DNA from: Gammaproteobacteria bacterium
Lineage (GTDB): Bacteria > Pseudomonadota > Gammaproteobacteria > Pseudomonadales > Azotimanducaceae
Reading direction: 5' to 3'
NCBI GenBank assembly: GCA_009846005.1
Contig: VXYL01000070.1
Span: forward strand, 277,699-341,698
Length of the DNA: 64,000 bases
This document shows, in pieces, positions 1 through 9,992 of this stretch. The translations under genes were made by a program, and so were the position numbers. The notes under the pieces were generated by a model that did not search any database, was not told the origin of the DNA, and saw only the letters and a program-made list of their open reading frames with translations. Within the stretch, counting starts at the first letter, position 1, and each line of letters starts with the position of its first letter.

Positions 1-1127
1 CGGCAGAGCGTACGGAACGGTAGAACCCGAATCCCGTTCGACAGGTAGTCGCGCTCGCCGAGGTGTACCTGGTAGAAATCCGGGATGGCAGTTCTCTCGC
101 GGAAGTACCGGATCGCCTTGGTCGGGGACTGCTCGCCTGCCTCGCATTCCACGGCGAACAAGGGTTCGTTGTCCTCGATGACCACGAAGTCCACCTCTCG
201 GCCGTCGGTATCCCGGATGAAACGCAATTCCATGCGGTGTCCTTGCGTATCTTCCCGGCGATGGCAGTACTTCAGCAGGTGGCTGGCAACCAGATTCTCG
301 AAGCGGGCACCGCCTTCCGGTGTCTGCGACCAATCCCACAGATAGAGTTTGTTCTCCTTCTTGACGGCGCGGATCCGGGGTGGACCGAACGGCGGGATTC
401 GGAAGCAGACGTAGAGGTTCTCGAGAATTTCGATCCAGCGCGCCGCGGTCTCGTGAGCGACCTCTATGTCCTCCCGCACGCTTTGCACGGAGAGCGGCGA
501 GCCTACCCGTTCCGGCAGGGCGTCGACCAGAAGTTCCACCAACGCGACCTCGCGGACGTTCTCCAGGTCACGTAGATCCTCGTAGACCACGCGCGACAAA
601 CGCTCGCGCTGCCACCGGCGCCAGACCCGCACGTTGCCTGCCAGAAACGGTTCGGGGAACCCGCCGAACTTCAGCAGTTGTTCCATCGCGTCGGGAGAAT
701 CCACCCCCAGTTCGCCTAGCGTGAGGGGATGCAGCCGGTGGTGGTGGTAGCGGCCCTGCAACGAATCGCCGCCCTTGCGGTAGTGATCCAACCTGGCCGA
801 ACCCGTCACGAGTATCGAAACACGGTCTCCCTCGGTGTCGAAGAGCCCCTTGACCAGGTTCCGCCAGCGCGGGAACTTGTGAATCTCGTCAAGCACCACG
901 AGTTTCTGGCCTGCCGGCAACTCGCCGCGCTGGAGCACCGGGCGAACCTGCGGATCGTCCCAGTTCAGGTAGCCGGGGTGCCGCCGACCAACGGCGCCCA
1001 AGAGCGTGAGCGCCAAGGTGGTCTTGCCGACCTGCCTGGGCCCGCCAAGGAACACCATCTTGTCGTCGAGATCGCTCCTGATCGAACCCGCCAGATAGCG
1101 ATCAAGCCTGTTCGTCGACCCTGCCAT
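1..1127 (-). CDS. AAA+ ATPase, DUF4143-type ATP-binding protein (3' end beyond left edge)
   Basis: Absent from the ORF track because the ORF runs off the window. My reverse-complement translation from the ATG at 1127 reads MAGSTNRLDRYLAGSIRSDLDDKMVFLGGPRQVGKTTLAL (Walker A GPRQVGKT), then QKLVVLDEIHKFPRW (Walker B-like). It stays open in frame to base 1. Confidence 0.8.
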   Translation of the reverse strand, partial: MAGSTNRLDRYLAGSIRSDLDDKMVFLGGPRQVGKTTLALTLLGAVGRRHPGYLNWDDPQVRPVLQRGELPAGQKLVVLDEIHKFPRWRNLVKGLFDTEGDRVSILVTGSARLDHYRKGGDSLQGRYHHHRLHPLTLGELGVDSPDAMEQLLKFGGFPEPFLAGNVRVWRRWQRERLSRVVYEDLRDLENVREVALVELLVDALPERVGSPLSVQSVREDIEVAHETAARWIEILENLYVCFRIPPFGPPRIRAVKKENKLYLWDWSQTPEGGARFENLVASHLLKYCHRREDTQGHRMELRFIRDTDGREVDFVVIEDNEPLFAVECEAGEQSPTKAIRYFRERTAIPDFYQVHLGERDYLSNGIRVLPFRTLC

Positions 1128-1316
1128 GCACACGGTGCCGTCTTCGTGTTTAAAATCACGTTAACTCTAAAATACTCATGAGTGAAGTCGACTTTTTCTG
1201 AAATCAACCAGCTCTTCCGAACCGCCGTGGGCATCGCGTGCCGAGTCGGACGCAACATCGCGGCGTGTCATTATGCGAGACTCCCGCGTTTTGCACGTAC
1301 CGTCGGGGGAACATCC

Positions 1317-2795
1317 ATGGAAACCAAGCTGGTCTTGCATTCGCAGTTCCCCATCGGCGAGGTGAGCCCGTTGATCTTCGGCGGATTCCTAGAGCACCTC
1401 GGGCGGTCGATCTACACTGGCGTCTACGATCCGGATTCGGCCCATGCGGATGGCGAAGGCATGCGCCAGGACGTGATCGAGGCCTTACGCGAACTCGAGA
1501 TGACCATCGTCCGGTACCCGGGCGGAAACTTCGCCTCGGGCTACCACTGGCGCGACGGCGTGGGTCCGAGGGAATCGCGACCGACGGTCCGCGAACTGGC
1601 CTGGCAGTCGCTCGAGCCGAACACCTTCGGGACGGACGAGTTCGTGAACCTGTGCCGCAAGGTCGGCTGGCAACCGATGATCGCCGTCAATCTCGGCACG
1701 GGCTCACCGGAGGAGGCGCGGGATTGGGTCGAGTACTGCAACTCGCCGATCGGCACCCGATACGCAGACGAACGCGCCGCCAACGGCAGCGCCGATCCGT
1801 TCGACGTGCCGATCTGGTGCCTCGGCAACGAGATGGACGGCCCTTGGCAACTCGGCCACGTGCCCGCCGACCAGTACGGGATCCGCGCCCAACAAGCGGC
1901 CAAGATGATGAAGGACTGCGACCGGTCCATCGCCACCGTTGCCTGCGGCTCCTCCGGGAGCCAGATGCCCACGTTCCTGGAATGGGATCGCCAGGTGCTC
2001 GAACACCTCGGCGACCTCGCCGACTACGTGAGCCTGCACCGCTACGTCGGCAACCGCGACGGCAACAGTGTCGACTACCTCGCGATCTCGAACAGCATCG
2101 ACAGGCAGATCGAAGCCGTCGATGCCTGTACGCGCTTGGTCGCCGAGCAGCGGCGCGCTTCGAGCCGCGCCTGGCTCTGCTTCGACGAATGGAACGTCTG
2201 GTACCGCGCCCGGGGCCAGGGCGGCGGACGGGGAACTATCGCGCCCCCACTCCTGGAGGAACGCTACAACCTGGAGGACGCCCTCGTCGTCGCCATGTTC
2301 CTGATGAGCTTCATCCGCCACGCCGACTGCGTGAAGATCGCCAACCTCGCGCAGCTGGTGAACGTCATCGGTCCGGTGATGACCCGTGGCGACGAACTGT
2401 TCAAGCAGACTATCTTCCACGCCTTCCGGATGATCTCCTCCCGCAAGACCGGCGTATCGCTACGCGGCGCCGTCGTGGGCCCGCGTTACACCAGCGAGCG
2501 CTACGGCGAGGTGGCCTATCTAGACCACGCCGCCATGCTGGACGGCGACCGACTGCACGTGTTCGCGGTGAACCGAAGCCTCGACGAGGACCTGCGGCTA
2601 TCCGTCGAGCTGGACCGATCGATCGCGAAGGTGGTCGACGCCGAGATACTCCACGCCGAGTTGCAGGCCGAGAACGATTTCGATGCGCCCGACCGGGTTT
2701 CCTCGGCACCCTTCGACGGCTGGCTCGTTCAGGGTTCGGCCGAGGCGGTTCTGCCGCCGCACTCGTTTACGGCAACGACGTTTGCGCTGAGGTGA
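1317..2795 (+). CDS. abfA: alpha-L-arabinofuranosidase, glycoside hydrolase family 51
   Basis: GH51-typical motifs are present: GGFLEHLGRSIYTGVYDP, VRYPGGNFASGYHWRDGVGP and CLGNEMDGPWQLGH. I moved the start to the internal ATG at 1317 (METKLVLHSQFPIGE); the upstream 45 codons look non-coding. Confidence 0.85.
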   Translation: METKLVLHSQFPIGEVSPLIFGGFLEHLGRSIYTGVYDPDSAHADGEGMRQDVIEALRELEMTIVRYPGGNFASGYHWRDGVGPRESRPTVRELAWQSLEPNTFGTDEFVNLCRKVGWQPMIAVNLGTGSPEEARDWVEYCNSPIGTRYADERAANGSADPFDVPIWCLGNEMDGPWQLGHVPADQYGIRAQQAAKMMKDCDRSIATVACGSSGSQMPTFLEWDRQVLEHLGDLADYVSLHRYVGNRDGNSVDYLAISNSIDRQIEAVDACTRLVAEQRRASSRAWLCFDEWNVWYRARGQGGGRGTIAPPLLEERYNLEDALVVAMFLMSFIRHADCVKIANLAQLVNVIGPVMTRGDELFKQTIFHAFRMISSRKTGVSLRGAVVGPRYTSERYGEVAYLDHAAMLDGDRLHVFAVNRSLDEDLRLSVELDRSIAKVVDAEILHAELQAENDFDAPDRVSSAPFDGWLVQGSAEAVLPPHSFTATTFALR

Positions 2796-4164
2796 CGCGG
2801 ATCGCGCCACTGCACTGACGGTCGAGCCATGCGTCGTCGAGGTGTCCCGCTCGCCGGGTCCACCGTTGCTTCGCGACCTCCCGCGCCGCTTCGAAGTCCC
2901 CTGCACGTACGCACGCCGATACCGCGAGATCGATGTACACGTCGCGCTGCGCGTTGCTTCCTCCGAGCCGCGCCAAGTCCGGCAGTGTGCGCCGAATCAG
3001 GAGCGCGGCATCTTGGTACCGGCCCCCGCAATACGCCGCGATTCCCGAACAAAGGTCCGCGACCACGCCCCCCGAGGGCTGCTTGCCTTCGTCGAGCAGC
3101 GCCGCTACACCCTGTTCGAGGTTCGTCATCGCCTCGGGGTCTCCGACACCCCCATAGACCATGGCGAGGTGCGTGTTGACGAAAGGGATTCCGGGTTTCG
3201 AGAACCGCTCTTCGACTAGGCGAAGGACCTCTGCCCACTGTTGGGCCTCGAGGTCGCATCCGGCCAGCGAGGCACGGAGCAGAAACGATGCGCAATCGAT
3301 CACCGTGAACATGGGCAGGGTCTGCGACACGGCGGGTCGGATACTGTCCTTGTAGACTCCACGTGCGCGTTCAACATCGCCGCGCTGCAAGGCGAACAGC
3401 GCCTGATGCCACGCTAGGTGCGCGTGCAGAATGGCGCCGCGGTCGTAGCCGGGGAGCCACGCCTCGATGAACGCTTCGCCCTCTTCTGCAGCGCCCTGTT
3501 CGTAGTAGCCGTGGACCCGGCCATGGGCGGCGTTGGCGTTGTCGGGACGCAACGCCAGCGCCCGGTCAAGCATCGGGATTCCGTCGTCACTTCGCGCTGC
3601 CTCGACTAGCGCCCAGCCGTACGATGCGAGAAACCACCCGTCGTCCTGGCCGTAGGCATGCGCAACGGTTTCCAAGAGTTCGACCTGGCGCTCGCGGAAA
3701 TCCTTGAAGCCGCCGAAACCGAACAGCCCGTAGACGCCCAGCGCGAACGATAGCGGTACCGCATCGCGCGGATACGCTGCGGCGTGTTGGCGCACCGCAT
3801 CGAGCGCCGCCATCGATTCGCCGTGGAACACGAGGCAGATGATCTGGGCGTGACGGCGCTCGCGTTCCGGTAGATTCGCCGCGAGATCCCGGCCGCGCGC
3901 CGCGTAGTCCCGCGCCTGGGCGTTGTCGCCTTTGCCCGCCAAAGCCCGGGCCTTGGCGCAATGCCCCAAGGCGAACGTCGGGTCGAGGTCCAGGGCTTCG
4001 TCGATCAGGGTGCCACCACCCGGCTGCAGGGCGAACATCCTCTCAACCGCGTCGTCGTAGAGTTCGACGGCCCGTGCCGATTGCGACGTGATGCCTTGAC
4101 CGAAGCGATCCTGGTACATGGGTGGATACGATCGACTGACTGTTGTTGGCTCGAGCACTATCAT
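2767..4164 (-). CDS. TPR protein, TTC38-like family
   Basis: 465-aa ORF with helical-repeat composition. The N-terminus (ARAVELYDDAVERMFALQ..GGTLIDEALDLDPTFALGHCAKA) resembles the TTC38 family from memory. A GAGGG Shine-Dalgarno lies 6 nt before the ATG at 4164. Confidence 0.65.
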   Translation of the reverse strand: MIVLEPTTVSRSYPPMYQDRFGQGITSQSARAVELYDDAVERMFALQPGGGTLIDEALDLDPTFALGHCAKARALAGKGDNAQARDYAARGRDLAANLPERERRHAQIICLVFHGESMAALDAVRQHAAAYPRDAVPLSFALGVYGLFGFGGFKDFRERQVELLETVAHAYGQDDGWFLASYGWALVEAARSDDGIPMLDRALALRPDNANAAHGRVHGYYEQGAAEEGEAFIEAWLPGYDRGAILHAHLAWHQALFALQRGDVERARGVYKDSIRPAVSQTLPMFTVIDCASFLLRASLAGCDLEAQQWAEVLRLVEERFSKPGIPFVNTHLAMVYGGVGDPEAMTNLEQGVAALLDEGKQPSGGVVADLCSGIAAYCGGRYQDAALLIRRTLPDLARLGGSNAQRDVYIDLAVSACVRAGDFEAAREVAKQRWTRRAGHLDDAWLDRQCSGAIRVTSAQTSLP

Positions 4165-4195
4165 ACGTCGCCCTCAGATAGGCATCGGAACACCC

Positions 4196-4828
4196 ATGGC
4201 GAATCGCGCCGCCGAGGCGACCCGTCCGCATGCCGTTCTGCTCGATCTCGGCGGCGTCATCGTGGACATCGATCCTCTCGCATGCTTCGATTCCTGGGCG
4301 CAGGCAGCCGGTGTCGACGTCGGCGCAATCGCCCCCCGGTGGGCTGTCGACGACGCCTACAAGGCTTTCGAGGTGGGGGCGATCGACTTCGATGGATACC
4401 TTGACAGCCTGTCGAGACGTCTCGGCATATCCTTGACCCGCACCCAGTGGCAAACAGGCTGGAACGAATTGTTGCGCGACCTCTTCGAGGACGTTGCCCG
4501 GCTTCTGCCCCTGGTTGCGGCGGAGCTGCCGCTTTACGTCTTCTCGAACACGAACCCCGTGCACCAGGAAGCCTGGCTGTCGAGATTCGCCAGCGCGCTT
4601 ACCCCCATCCGGAAGATCTACACGTCCTGGGAAGTGGCCTTAAGGAAGCCGAACGTTGAGGCCTATCTCGCGGTCGCCGACGACATCGGCGTGGCGCCGA
4701 CCGACATCCTGTTCGTCGACGACAACGCGGAAAACGTGGCGGGAGGAAAGGCTGCGGGTCTCGACGCTCGCCTGGTTAGGACACCGGCGGAAACGGTCGC
4801 CCTTCTGCGCGGACTACTCGGCGAATGA
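4196..4828 (+). CDS. HAD-superfamily hydrolase
   Basis: Motif I is LLDLGGVIVDID, FSNTNPVH follows, and motif IV is FVDDNAENVAGGKAAGLDA. The start was trimmed to the ATG at 4196 so the DxG motif lies near the N-terminus. Confidence 0.75.
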   Translation: MANRAAEATRPHAVLLDLGGVIVDIDPLACFDSWAQAAGVDVGAIAPRWAVDDAYKAFEVGAIDFDGYLDSLSRRLGISLTRTQWQTGWNELLRDLFEDVARLLPLVAAELPLYVFSNTNPVHQEAWLSRFASALTPIRKIYTSWEVALRKPNVEAYLAVADDIGVAPTDILFVDDNAENVAGGKAAGLDARLVRTPAETVALLRGLLGE

Positions 4829-5299
4829 GATTGCCGCCGGCGAGATGAGGACGTTGAACTGTTCGCACCAGATCACGACCGAACCGAAGTCCGCCAGGTC
4901 TGTGCCCAGGGGAATCGGGTAGTTCTGGCTGCCGGCGAACGACTTCAAGCGCCCCAAGTCCACGAACATCGTCCGTTCGACCTCCGTGTCCGGCGTGACT
5001 TCGGACAACGGCACCAGGTAGACGTGGAACTTCGGTCCCGGTCCCACCTCGAAGTCCGGTTCCAAGCGAACGAGGTCGTCGTATAGGGTCGCCCGACCGC
5101 GCCCGTAGTGGATCGGGTCCGCGGGATTGGCGTGTATGAAGGTCGCATGCGCCACCGCCTCACGTTCCGTCTTGCCGACGAGCGGTTCGTTCACTTCCGG
5201 CGGCGGGAACAGGTAGGGGAACACCAGGATCCCCACCGCGAAACCGAAACCGGTGCCGAGAACCCCGCCCACCACGAAGCCGATGATTAGGCGTTGCAT
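4814..5299 (-). CDS. membrane-anchored DM13-domain protein
   Basis: The N-terminus MQRLIIGFVVGGVLGTGFGFAVGILVF is a TM anchor. The remainder (GRATLYDD..LRLEPDFEVGPGPKFHVYL..L KSFAGSQNYPIP) matches the DM13 pattern. The track ORF 4814..5527 overlaps the AKR gene, so I trimmed to the ATG at 5299. Confidence 0.6.
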   Translation of the reverse strand: MQRLIIGFVVGGVLGTGFGFAVGILVFPYLFPPPEVNEPLVGKTEREAVAHATFIHANPADPIHYGRGRATLYDDLVRLEPDFEVGPGPKFHVYLVPLSEVTPDTEVERTMFVDLGRLKSFAGSQNYPIPLGTDLADFGSVVIWCEQFNVLISPAAISFAE

Positions 5300-5301
5300 G
5301 T

Positions 5302-6306
5302 TCAGTCGATCGCCCGGGCAAGCTCCGCGCTGGCCAAGTCTCGCCAGAGCGCATCCGGTATCTCGGCGGCGAAGAGATCGAGGTTCGTCGCCACCTCGTC
5401 GATCGCCCTGACGCCGGGGATGACCGCCGCCACCGCCGGGTGCCGCAGCGGATACTGCAGCGCCGCAGAACGCGGGTCGACACCGTGGGACTCGCACATT
5501 CTGCGAATGGCCTGGGCTTTCTGCCACACCTGCTCCGGTGCCGGCTTGTAGTCGTAGGTGGCGAAACGCCGCTCGTCCGTCGCGAGTATCCCGGAGTTGT
5601 AGGGACCGCCGATGATGATCGACACCCTATGTTCGGCGCACTTGGGCAGGAACTCGTCCAGGGGTTCCTGTTCCAGAAGCGTGAAGCGGCCAGCCAGCAG
5701 GAAGCAGTCCACGTCCATGAGGTCCATCACCTCGCTGCACACCCGCCACTCGTTGACACCGAGTCCGATGGCGCGCACCACCCCTTGCTCGCGGAGTTCC
5801 CTCAATGCCGGCAGCGCACCGCTTTTCGCCGCCTCGAAGATTCCCGGCTGGGCGTCGCCGTGGGTCCAGATGTCGATGTCGTGGCAGAGCAGGATGTCCA
5901 CCCGGTCGAGACCGAGGCGCTCGAGGCTCGCCTCGAGGGAACACCGGACGGCATCGAAGGAATAGTCGTAGCGGATGGCAACCGGTTCGTTGTCCCGCAT
6001 CCCCTCGAAGCGCTCGCCCTCGGATTGCGGCACCAGCAATCGGCCTACCTTCGTTGACAGCACGAAGTCGTCCCGGGGTAGTTCACGCAACACCCGCCCG
6101 AGACGCTTCTCGCTCAGACCGTGGCCGTAGAGCGGTGCCGTGTCGAAGTAGCGGATGCCGCCTTCTCGGGCACGATGCATGATGGCGGCTGCCTGGTCGT
6201 CGGTGATGCGGTCCCCCACGGCACCGAGCGGTGCGCCGCCGAAGCTGAGCTCGGTGACCTCGATATCCGTGGCACCGATGTTGCGTCTGGGGATCATTGC
6301 GCGCAT
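5302..6306 (-). CDS. aldo/keto reductase (aldose/fucose dehydrogenase-like)
   Basis: AKR hallmarks are present: ELSFGGAPLG, IRYFDTAPLYGHGLSEKRLG and ILLCHDID. The exact start (6306 or 6297) is uncertain. Confidence 0.8.
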   Translation of the reverse strand: MRAMIPRRNIGATDIEVTELSFGGAPLGAVGDRITDDQAAAIMHRAREGGIRYFDTAPLYGHGLSEKRLGRVLRELPRDDFVLSTKVGRLLVPQSEGERFEGMRDNEPVAIRYDYSFDAVRCSLEASLERLGLDRVDILLCHDIDIWTHGDAQPGIFEAAKSGALPALRELREQGVVRAIGLGVNEWRVCSEVMDLMDVDCFLLAGRFTLLEQEPLDEFLPKCAEHRVSIIIGGPYNSGILATDERRFATYDYKPAPEQVWQKAQAIRRMCESHGVDPRSAALQYPLRHPAVAAVIPGVRAIDEVATNLDLFAAEIPDALWRDLASAELARAID

Positions 6307-6413
6307 CTCCCGATGATGACCAAGGAAGCATACGCGATCAGCGGTTGGGCGTTCGTTCACGGTTTCCTCATCCTGCAGGGGATCCCATGAGCTAACCTGT
6401 TCGCAAGCGCGCT

Positions 6414-8837
6414 ATGCTCAAGGCCATGGTGCAACGCACTCGACGCTGGCCGTCGTGGCCGGTCGCAATCTGCCTCGCCGGGTTGATTGGCGGCATCGAC
6501 GCGGCTGAACGTTCGATGACGGGCAGCGTTCTGCATCTCGGGGGCGGCACGGCGGCCGTCGACGCGCCACTCGCCATCCCCCGCTTCTCGGAAGCCGAGG
6601 CTGCCATCCGCCTCGACGGCACACTCGACGAACCGATATGGGCGCACGTGCCTGCCTACGACAGGATGACCCTCATCCGGCCCGACAAGGGTGGCACGGG
6701 CCGCTATCGGACGCAGACGTTCATCTTCCATACCGAACGTGGCATGTACTTCGGGGCCTGGAACGAGCAGCCAGCGGACTCGTTAACGCCAAGACTCGCC
6801 GGTCGCGACGGCTGGGGAACGGGCGACGCCTACCAGGTCATGATCGACAGCTCTGGGGACGGCCGCTACGGGTACTGGTTCATGGTAGTGCTCGGCGGCA
6901 CCCTTGCCGATGGTCACCTTATGCCCGAGCGCCGATTCAGCAGCAACTGGGACGGCCCCTGGCGTGGCGAAACTCGCGAAGCCGACGACGGCTGGACGGT
7001 GGAGATGTTCCTGCCATGGTCGATGATCGACATGCCCGCAACGGACGGGCCGCGGCAGATGGGGCTCTTGATCACCCGCGACCTCGCCTCGATCAACGAG
7101 CGTTGGGCATGGCCCGGCCTGTCGTGGATCCAGCCGAAGTTCATCTCGGCGTTCCAGCCGATGGTCTTCGAAGGGGTCGCGCCCCGTCAGCAGATCAGCG
7201 TCTTCCCCTACGCCACGGTCCTCGCCGACATCGCCCGCGACCACCGGGACCAGAAGGCCGGCGTCGACGTGTTCTGGCGACCATCCACGGCGTTCCTTCT
7301 CAATGCGGCGGTGAATCCCGATTTCGGCCAGGTCGAGGCCGACGACATCATCGTCAACCTCTCCGCCTACGAGACCTTCTTCGAGGAGAAGCGACTGTTC
7401 TTCACCGAGAACCAGGAGGTCTTCCGCGGCAGCACGTTCGGGCCGGACCTGCTTCACACCCGGCGCATCGGCTCGTCGGTCGGATCCCGCCGCGGCGGTC
7501 CTGACTTCGAGCCCGGTGTCGCCTTCGACCCCTACGACACCGGCAAACCCGTGGATCTCCTCTTCGCCGCCAAGGGCATCGGCCAACTCGGCAACTGGCG
7601 ATGGGGTGCGCTGGGCGTGGCCGAGGACGATACCCGGCTCGCGCTGCGCAACGCCGCCGGCAGCATCGACGCCGCGGGTCGAAGATTCGGCGTAATGCGT
7701 TGGCAGCATGAGAACACCGCCCGCGGTGCCCGTCGTGCCATCGGCTGGATGGGAACCGTCGTCGACCATCCGGCCCGGCGCGCCGTCACACACGGCATGG
7801 ACGGCCACTATCGAACCGTGGACGCGAAATGGACCTGGGATGGTCAGTTGTACTACAGCGATGTGCCGGACGGCACCGGAGCAGGGGGGCACGGCCAGGT
7901 GCGTTGGGCGCCTCGCCGGGGTGACTTGCACGTCCTGCGCGTGGACCACTACGACAATGAACTCGACCTTAACGACGCCGGCTTCATTTGGCGCAACGAC
8001 TACCGCGGTGTCTCGTACAGCTTCGACCGTCAAGACCATCAATCCGAACGGTTCCGCGAGGTGTATAGCCAGTTCTCGACGTTTGCCGACTTCAACGGCA
8101 GCGGCCGTCGGATCGGCAGCGTCGTCGACATCGCGCGACACTGGTCGTTCCAAAACAACACCCGCGCCACGCTGCGCGGCGTCTTCCGCCCCGGACACTG
8201 GGATGATCGAAACAGCCGCGGCAACGGCGACTACCGTGTCAAACGCCATGCCGGAGTCCTGGCTAGCTGGGGAAGCGACACGTCCAAGCGTCTCTACTCC
8301 TTCGTAGGCGGCCAAGCCCGCACCGAGCCCGAGGGGGGGTGGTTCTTCGAAGCGAATGTCGGTACGACGTGGCGACCCTTCCCCCGGCTCACGGTCTCCC
8401 CAGGGCTCATATACATCCATCGCGATGCCTGGGTGCTCTGGCAGCACGATCGCCGCTTCGAGGCATTCGAAACCGAGCAATGGTCGCCGCGCCTTCGCTT
8501 CGACGCGTTCTTCACCGCACGTCAGCAGTTGCGGATCCAGGTCGAATGGACAGGGCTCAAGGCACATGGGGCAAAGCGCTTGATGATCGCCCCGGGCGGC
8601 AACCTCGTGCCGAGCGGCATCGCAACGGATCGGTTCGCGATCAGCAGGATGACCGTGCAGGTCCGCTACCGCTGGCAGATCGCACCTCTCTCGGATCTCT
8701 TCGTGGTCTACAACCGCAACGCCTCGCTGTTCGAGTCGTCCACCGAAAGGAGCTTTCTCGATCTTCTGGACAGTGTCTTCGACGACCCGCAGCGCGAAGC
8801 CCTGCTCGTCAAGCTCCGCTACCGGTTCGGCCGGTGA
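6414..8837 (+). CDS. DUF5916 / CBM9-like domain outer-membrane protein
   Basis: 807 aa. There is an N-terminal signal-like segment, a CBM9-like IRLDGTLDEPIWAHVPAYDRMT and the DUF5916-type motif NPDFGQVEADDIIVNLSAYETFFEEKRLFFTEN. The C-terminal half is beta-rich. Confidence 0.7.
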   Translation: MLKAMVQRTRRWPSWPVAICLAGLIGGIDAAERSMTGSVLHLGGGTAAVDAPLAIPRFSEAEAAIRLDGTLDEPIWAHVPAYDRMTLIRPDKGGTGRYRTQTFIFHTERGMYFGAWNEQPADSLTPRLAGRDGWGTGDAYQVMIDSSGDGRYGYWFMVVLGGTLADGHLMPERRFSSNWDGPWRGETREADDGWTVEMFLPWSMIDMPATDGPRQMGLLITRDLASINERWAWPGLSWIQPKFISAFQPMVFEGVAPRQQISVFPYATVLADIARDHRDQKAGVDVFWRPSTAFLLNAAVNPDFGQVEADDIIVNLSAYETFFEEKRLFFTENQEVFRGSTFGPDLLHTRRIGSSVGSRRGGPDFEPGVAFDPYDTGKPVDLLFAAKGIGQLGNWRWGALGVAEDDTRLALRNAAGSIDAAGRRFGVMRWQHENTARGARRAIGWMGTVVDHPARRAVTHGMDGHYRTVDAKWTWDGQLYYSDVPDGTGAGGHGQVRWAPRRGDLHVLRVDHYDNELDLNDAGFIWRNDYRGVSYSFDRQDHQSERFREVYSQFSTFADFNGSGRRIGSVVDIARHWSFQNNTRATLRGVFRPGHWDDRNSRGNGDYRVKRHAGVLASWGSDTSKRLYSFVGGQARTEPEGGWFFEANVGTTWRPFPRLTVSPGLIYIHRDAWVLWQHDRRFEAFETEQWSPRLRFDAFFTARQQLRIQVEWTGLKAHGAKRLMIAPGGNLVPSGIATDRFAISRMTVQVRYRWQIAPLSDLFVVYNRNASLFESSTERSFLDLLDSVFDDPQREALLVKLRYRFGR

Positions 8838-8982
8838 ACCGCTTCTGCACGGCGGGTCCGGAGTGGTTAAGATAGGTGCGGGGAGATTCAGGCCGCAACG
8901 CTGGAGGCAACTCACGCAGCGGCCACCACGGAGTTGGCTCAGTGAGTTCGCTGCGCCCTCTAGCCAGTAAGAACGTTTAACG

Positions 8983-9222
8983 ATGCCCATAGGGCCGAAC
9001 GGCGAAAAAAGACCGCCAGCCGTGATTGCGAACGCGGTGATCAGCATGAGGATCGCCACCGGCGAGGCCAGTGAGACGATCGTCGAGACCGACGTCTCAC
9101 CACGAGTCAGCACCGCCGTTCCGGCCAGCGGACGACGTCCCAGCCGCATTACGATGCTCGCCGCCGTTGCCCGATGGGGCCCTCCACGACGTGACGCGAA
9201 CAGGGCGATCAGCAGTGCCTAG
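8983..9222 (+). CDS. small conserved hypothetical protein (GPNGEKRP..VI.NAV..MRIATGE family)
   Basis: The N-terminus MPIGPNGEKRPPAVIANAVISMRIATGE and the later AAVARWG resemble a short protein family I recall from plasmid and mobile contexts. This rests on memory only. Confidence 0.45.
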   Translation: MPIGPNGEKRPPAVIANAVISMRIATGEASETIVETDVSPRVSTAVPASGRRPSRITMLAAVARWGPPRRDANRAISSA

Positions 9223-9237
9223 CCCGCACCCCCCGAG

Positions 9238-9978
9238 TTGCAGATGAACCGTCTACCCACCGCCAAGCGCGCGGCGATCCTGCGCATGCTGGTGGAGGGA
9301 TCGTCGATGCGTTCGATTACCCGCGATGACGGCGTGAGCATCAACACCATCGCCAAGCTTCTCAACGATGCCGGCGACGCAGCGAAGGCTTTCCTCAACG
9401 AACACGTACGGCAGATACCCGATCGTCGCCGGATCGAGTGCAGCCAGACCTGGGCGTTCAGCCACTCGACGGCGGGATCACGCGGTGATCGGACCCGAGA
9501 CACCGACGACACGTGGACCTTCGCAGCGATCGACGCGGACAGCAAATTGATCGTGTCCTGCGAGGTGGGCGACAACAGCCAAACGACCACCGCCGCTTTC
9601 CTCGAGGACGTGCGACGAAGACTGAGCGAGACCCCCGTACTGTCGACCAACGGTCTCAAGGGGAACCACGATGTCGCGGACATTCGCATGGCCAAGCGTC
9701 CGAGGAGCGTCGACACGCCGAAATCGGATGGCAGCAGGCCGCAGATGCCCTCGAACACGGAGAAACGCCGGCTCGAGAAGCATGTCGCGATGATCAATCT
9801 CTACGCCTTCCACTACAACTATTGCCGAGTGCACCCGGCACTGGGCATGACGCCCGCGATGGCGGCGGGGCTCGACGACGACATGCGGGACATGACCTGG
9901 CTCGTCGACCTGATCGACAAGCGCGCGGGCAAACCCAACCGACCAAAGACCTACCGCAAGCGCGTCCATTCAAACTGA
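9238..9978 (+). mobile_element. IS1-like (HTH + DDE) transposase gene, probably degenerate
   Basis: The N-terminal HTH is MNRLPTAKRAAILRMLVEGSSMRSITRDDGVSINTIAKLL and the C-terminus is YNYCRVHPALGMTPAMAAGL, both typical of this transposase family. The ORF is only 246 aa. The expected CDEIW reads CSQTW, TTDGHKAY reads STNGLKGNH, and the segment that should carry the catalytic Glu appears deleted. I found no terminal inverted repeats. Confidence 0.6.
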
Positions 9979-9992
9979 GACACAGTCGGACA

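Noticed and set aside
1238-2818. 526-aa + strand ORF overlapping the arabinofuranosidase gene in another frame
   Set aside because: The sequence is extremely Arg/Pro/Gly-rich with no motifs. The other frame has clear GH51 signatures.
8838-8982. Intergenic stretch after the DUF5916 gene checked for a tRNA/att site that could mark an island boundary
   Set aside because: No T-loop (GGTTCGAATCC-like) or cloverleaf pattern was found here, and no tRNA-like sequence was seen elsewhere in the window by eye.
6783-9149. 788-aa ORF on the minus strand
   Set aside because: It is entirely antisense to the well-supported DUF5916 gene. Its composition is dominated by Arg, Gly, Ala, Pro, Val, Asp and Glu, as expected for an off-frame in high-GC DNA, and no recognisable motifs are present.
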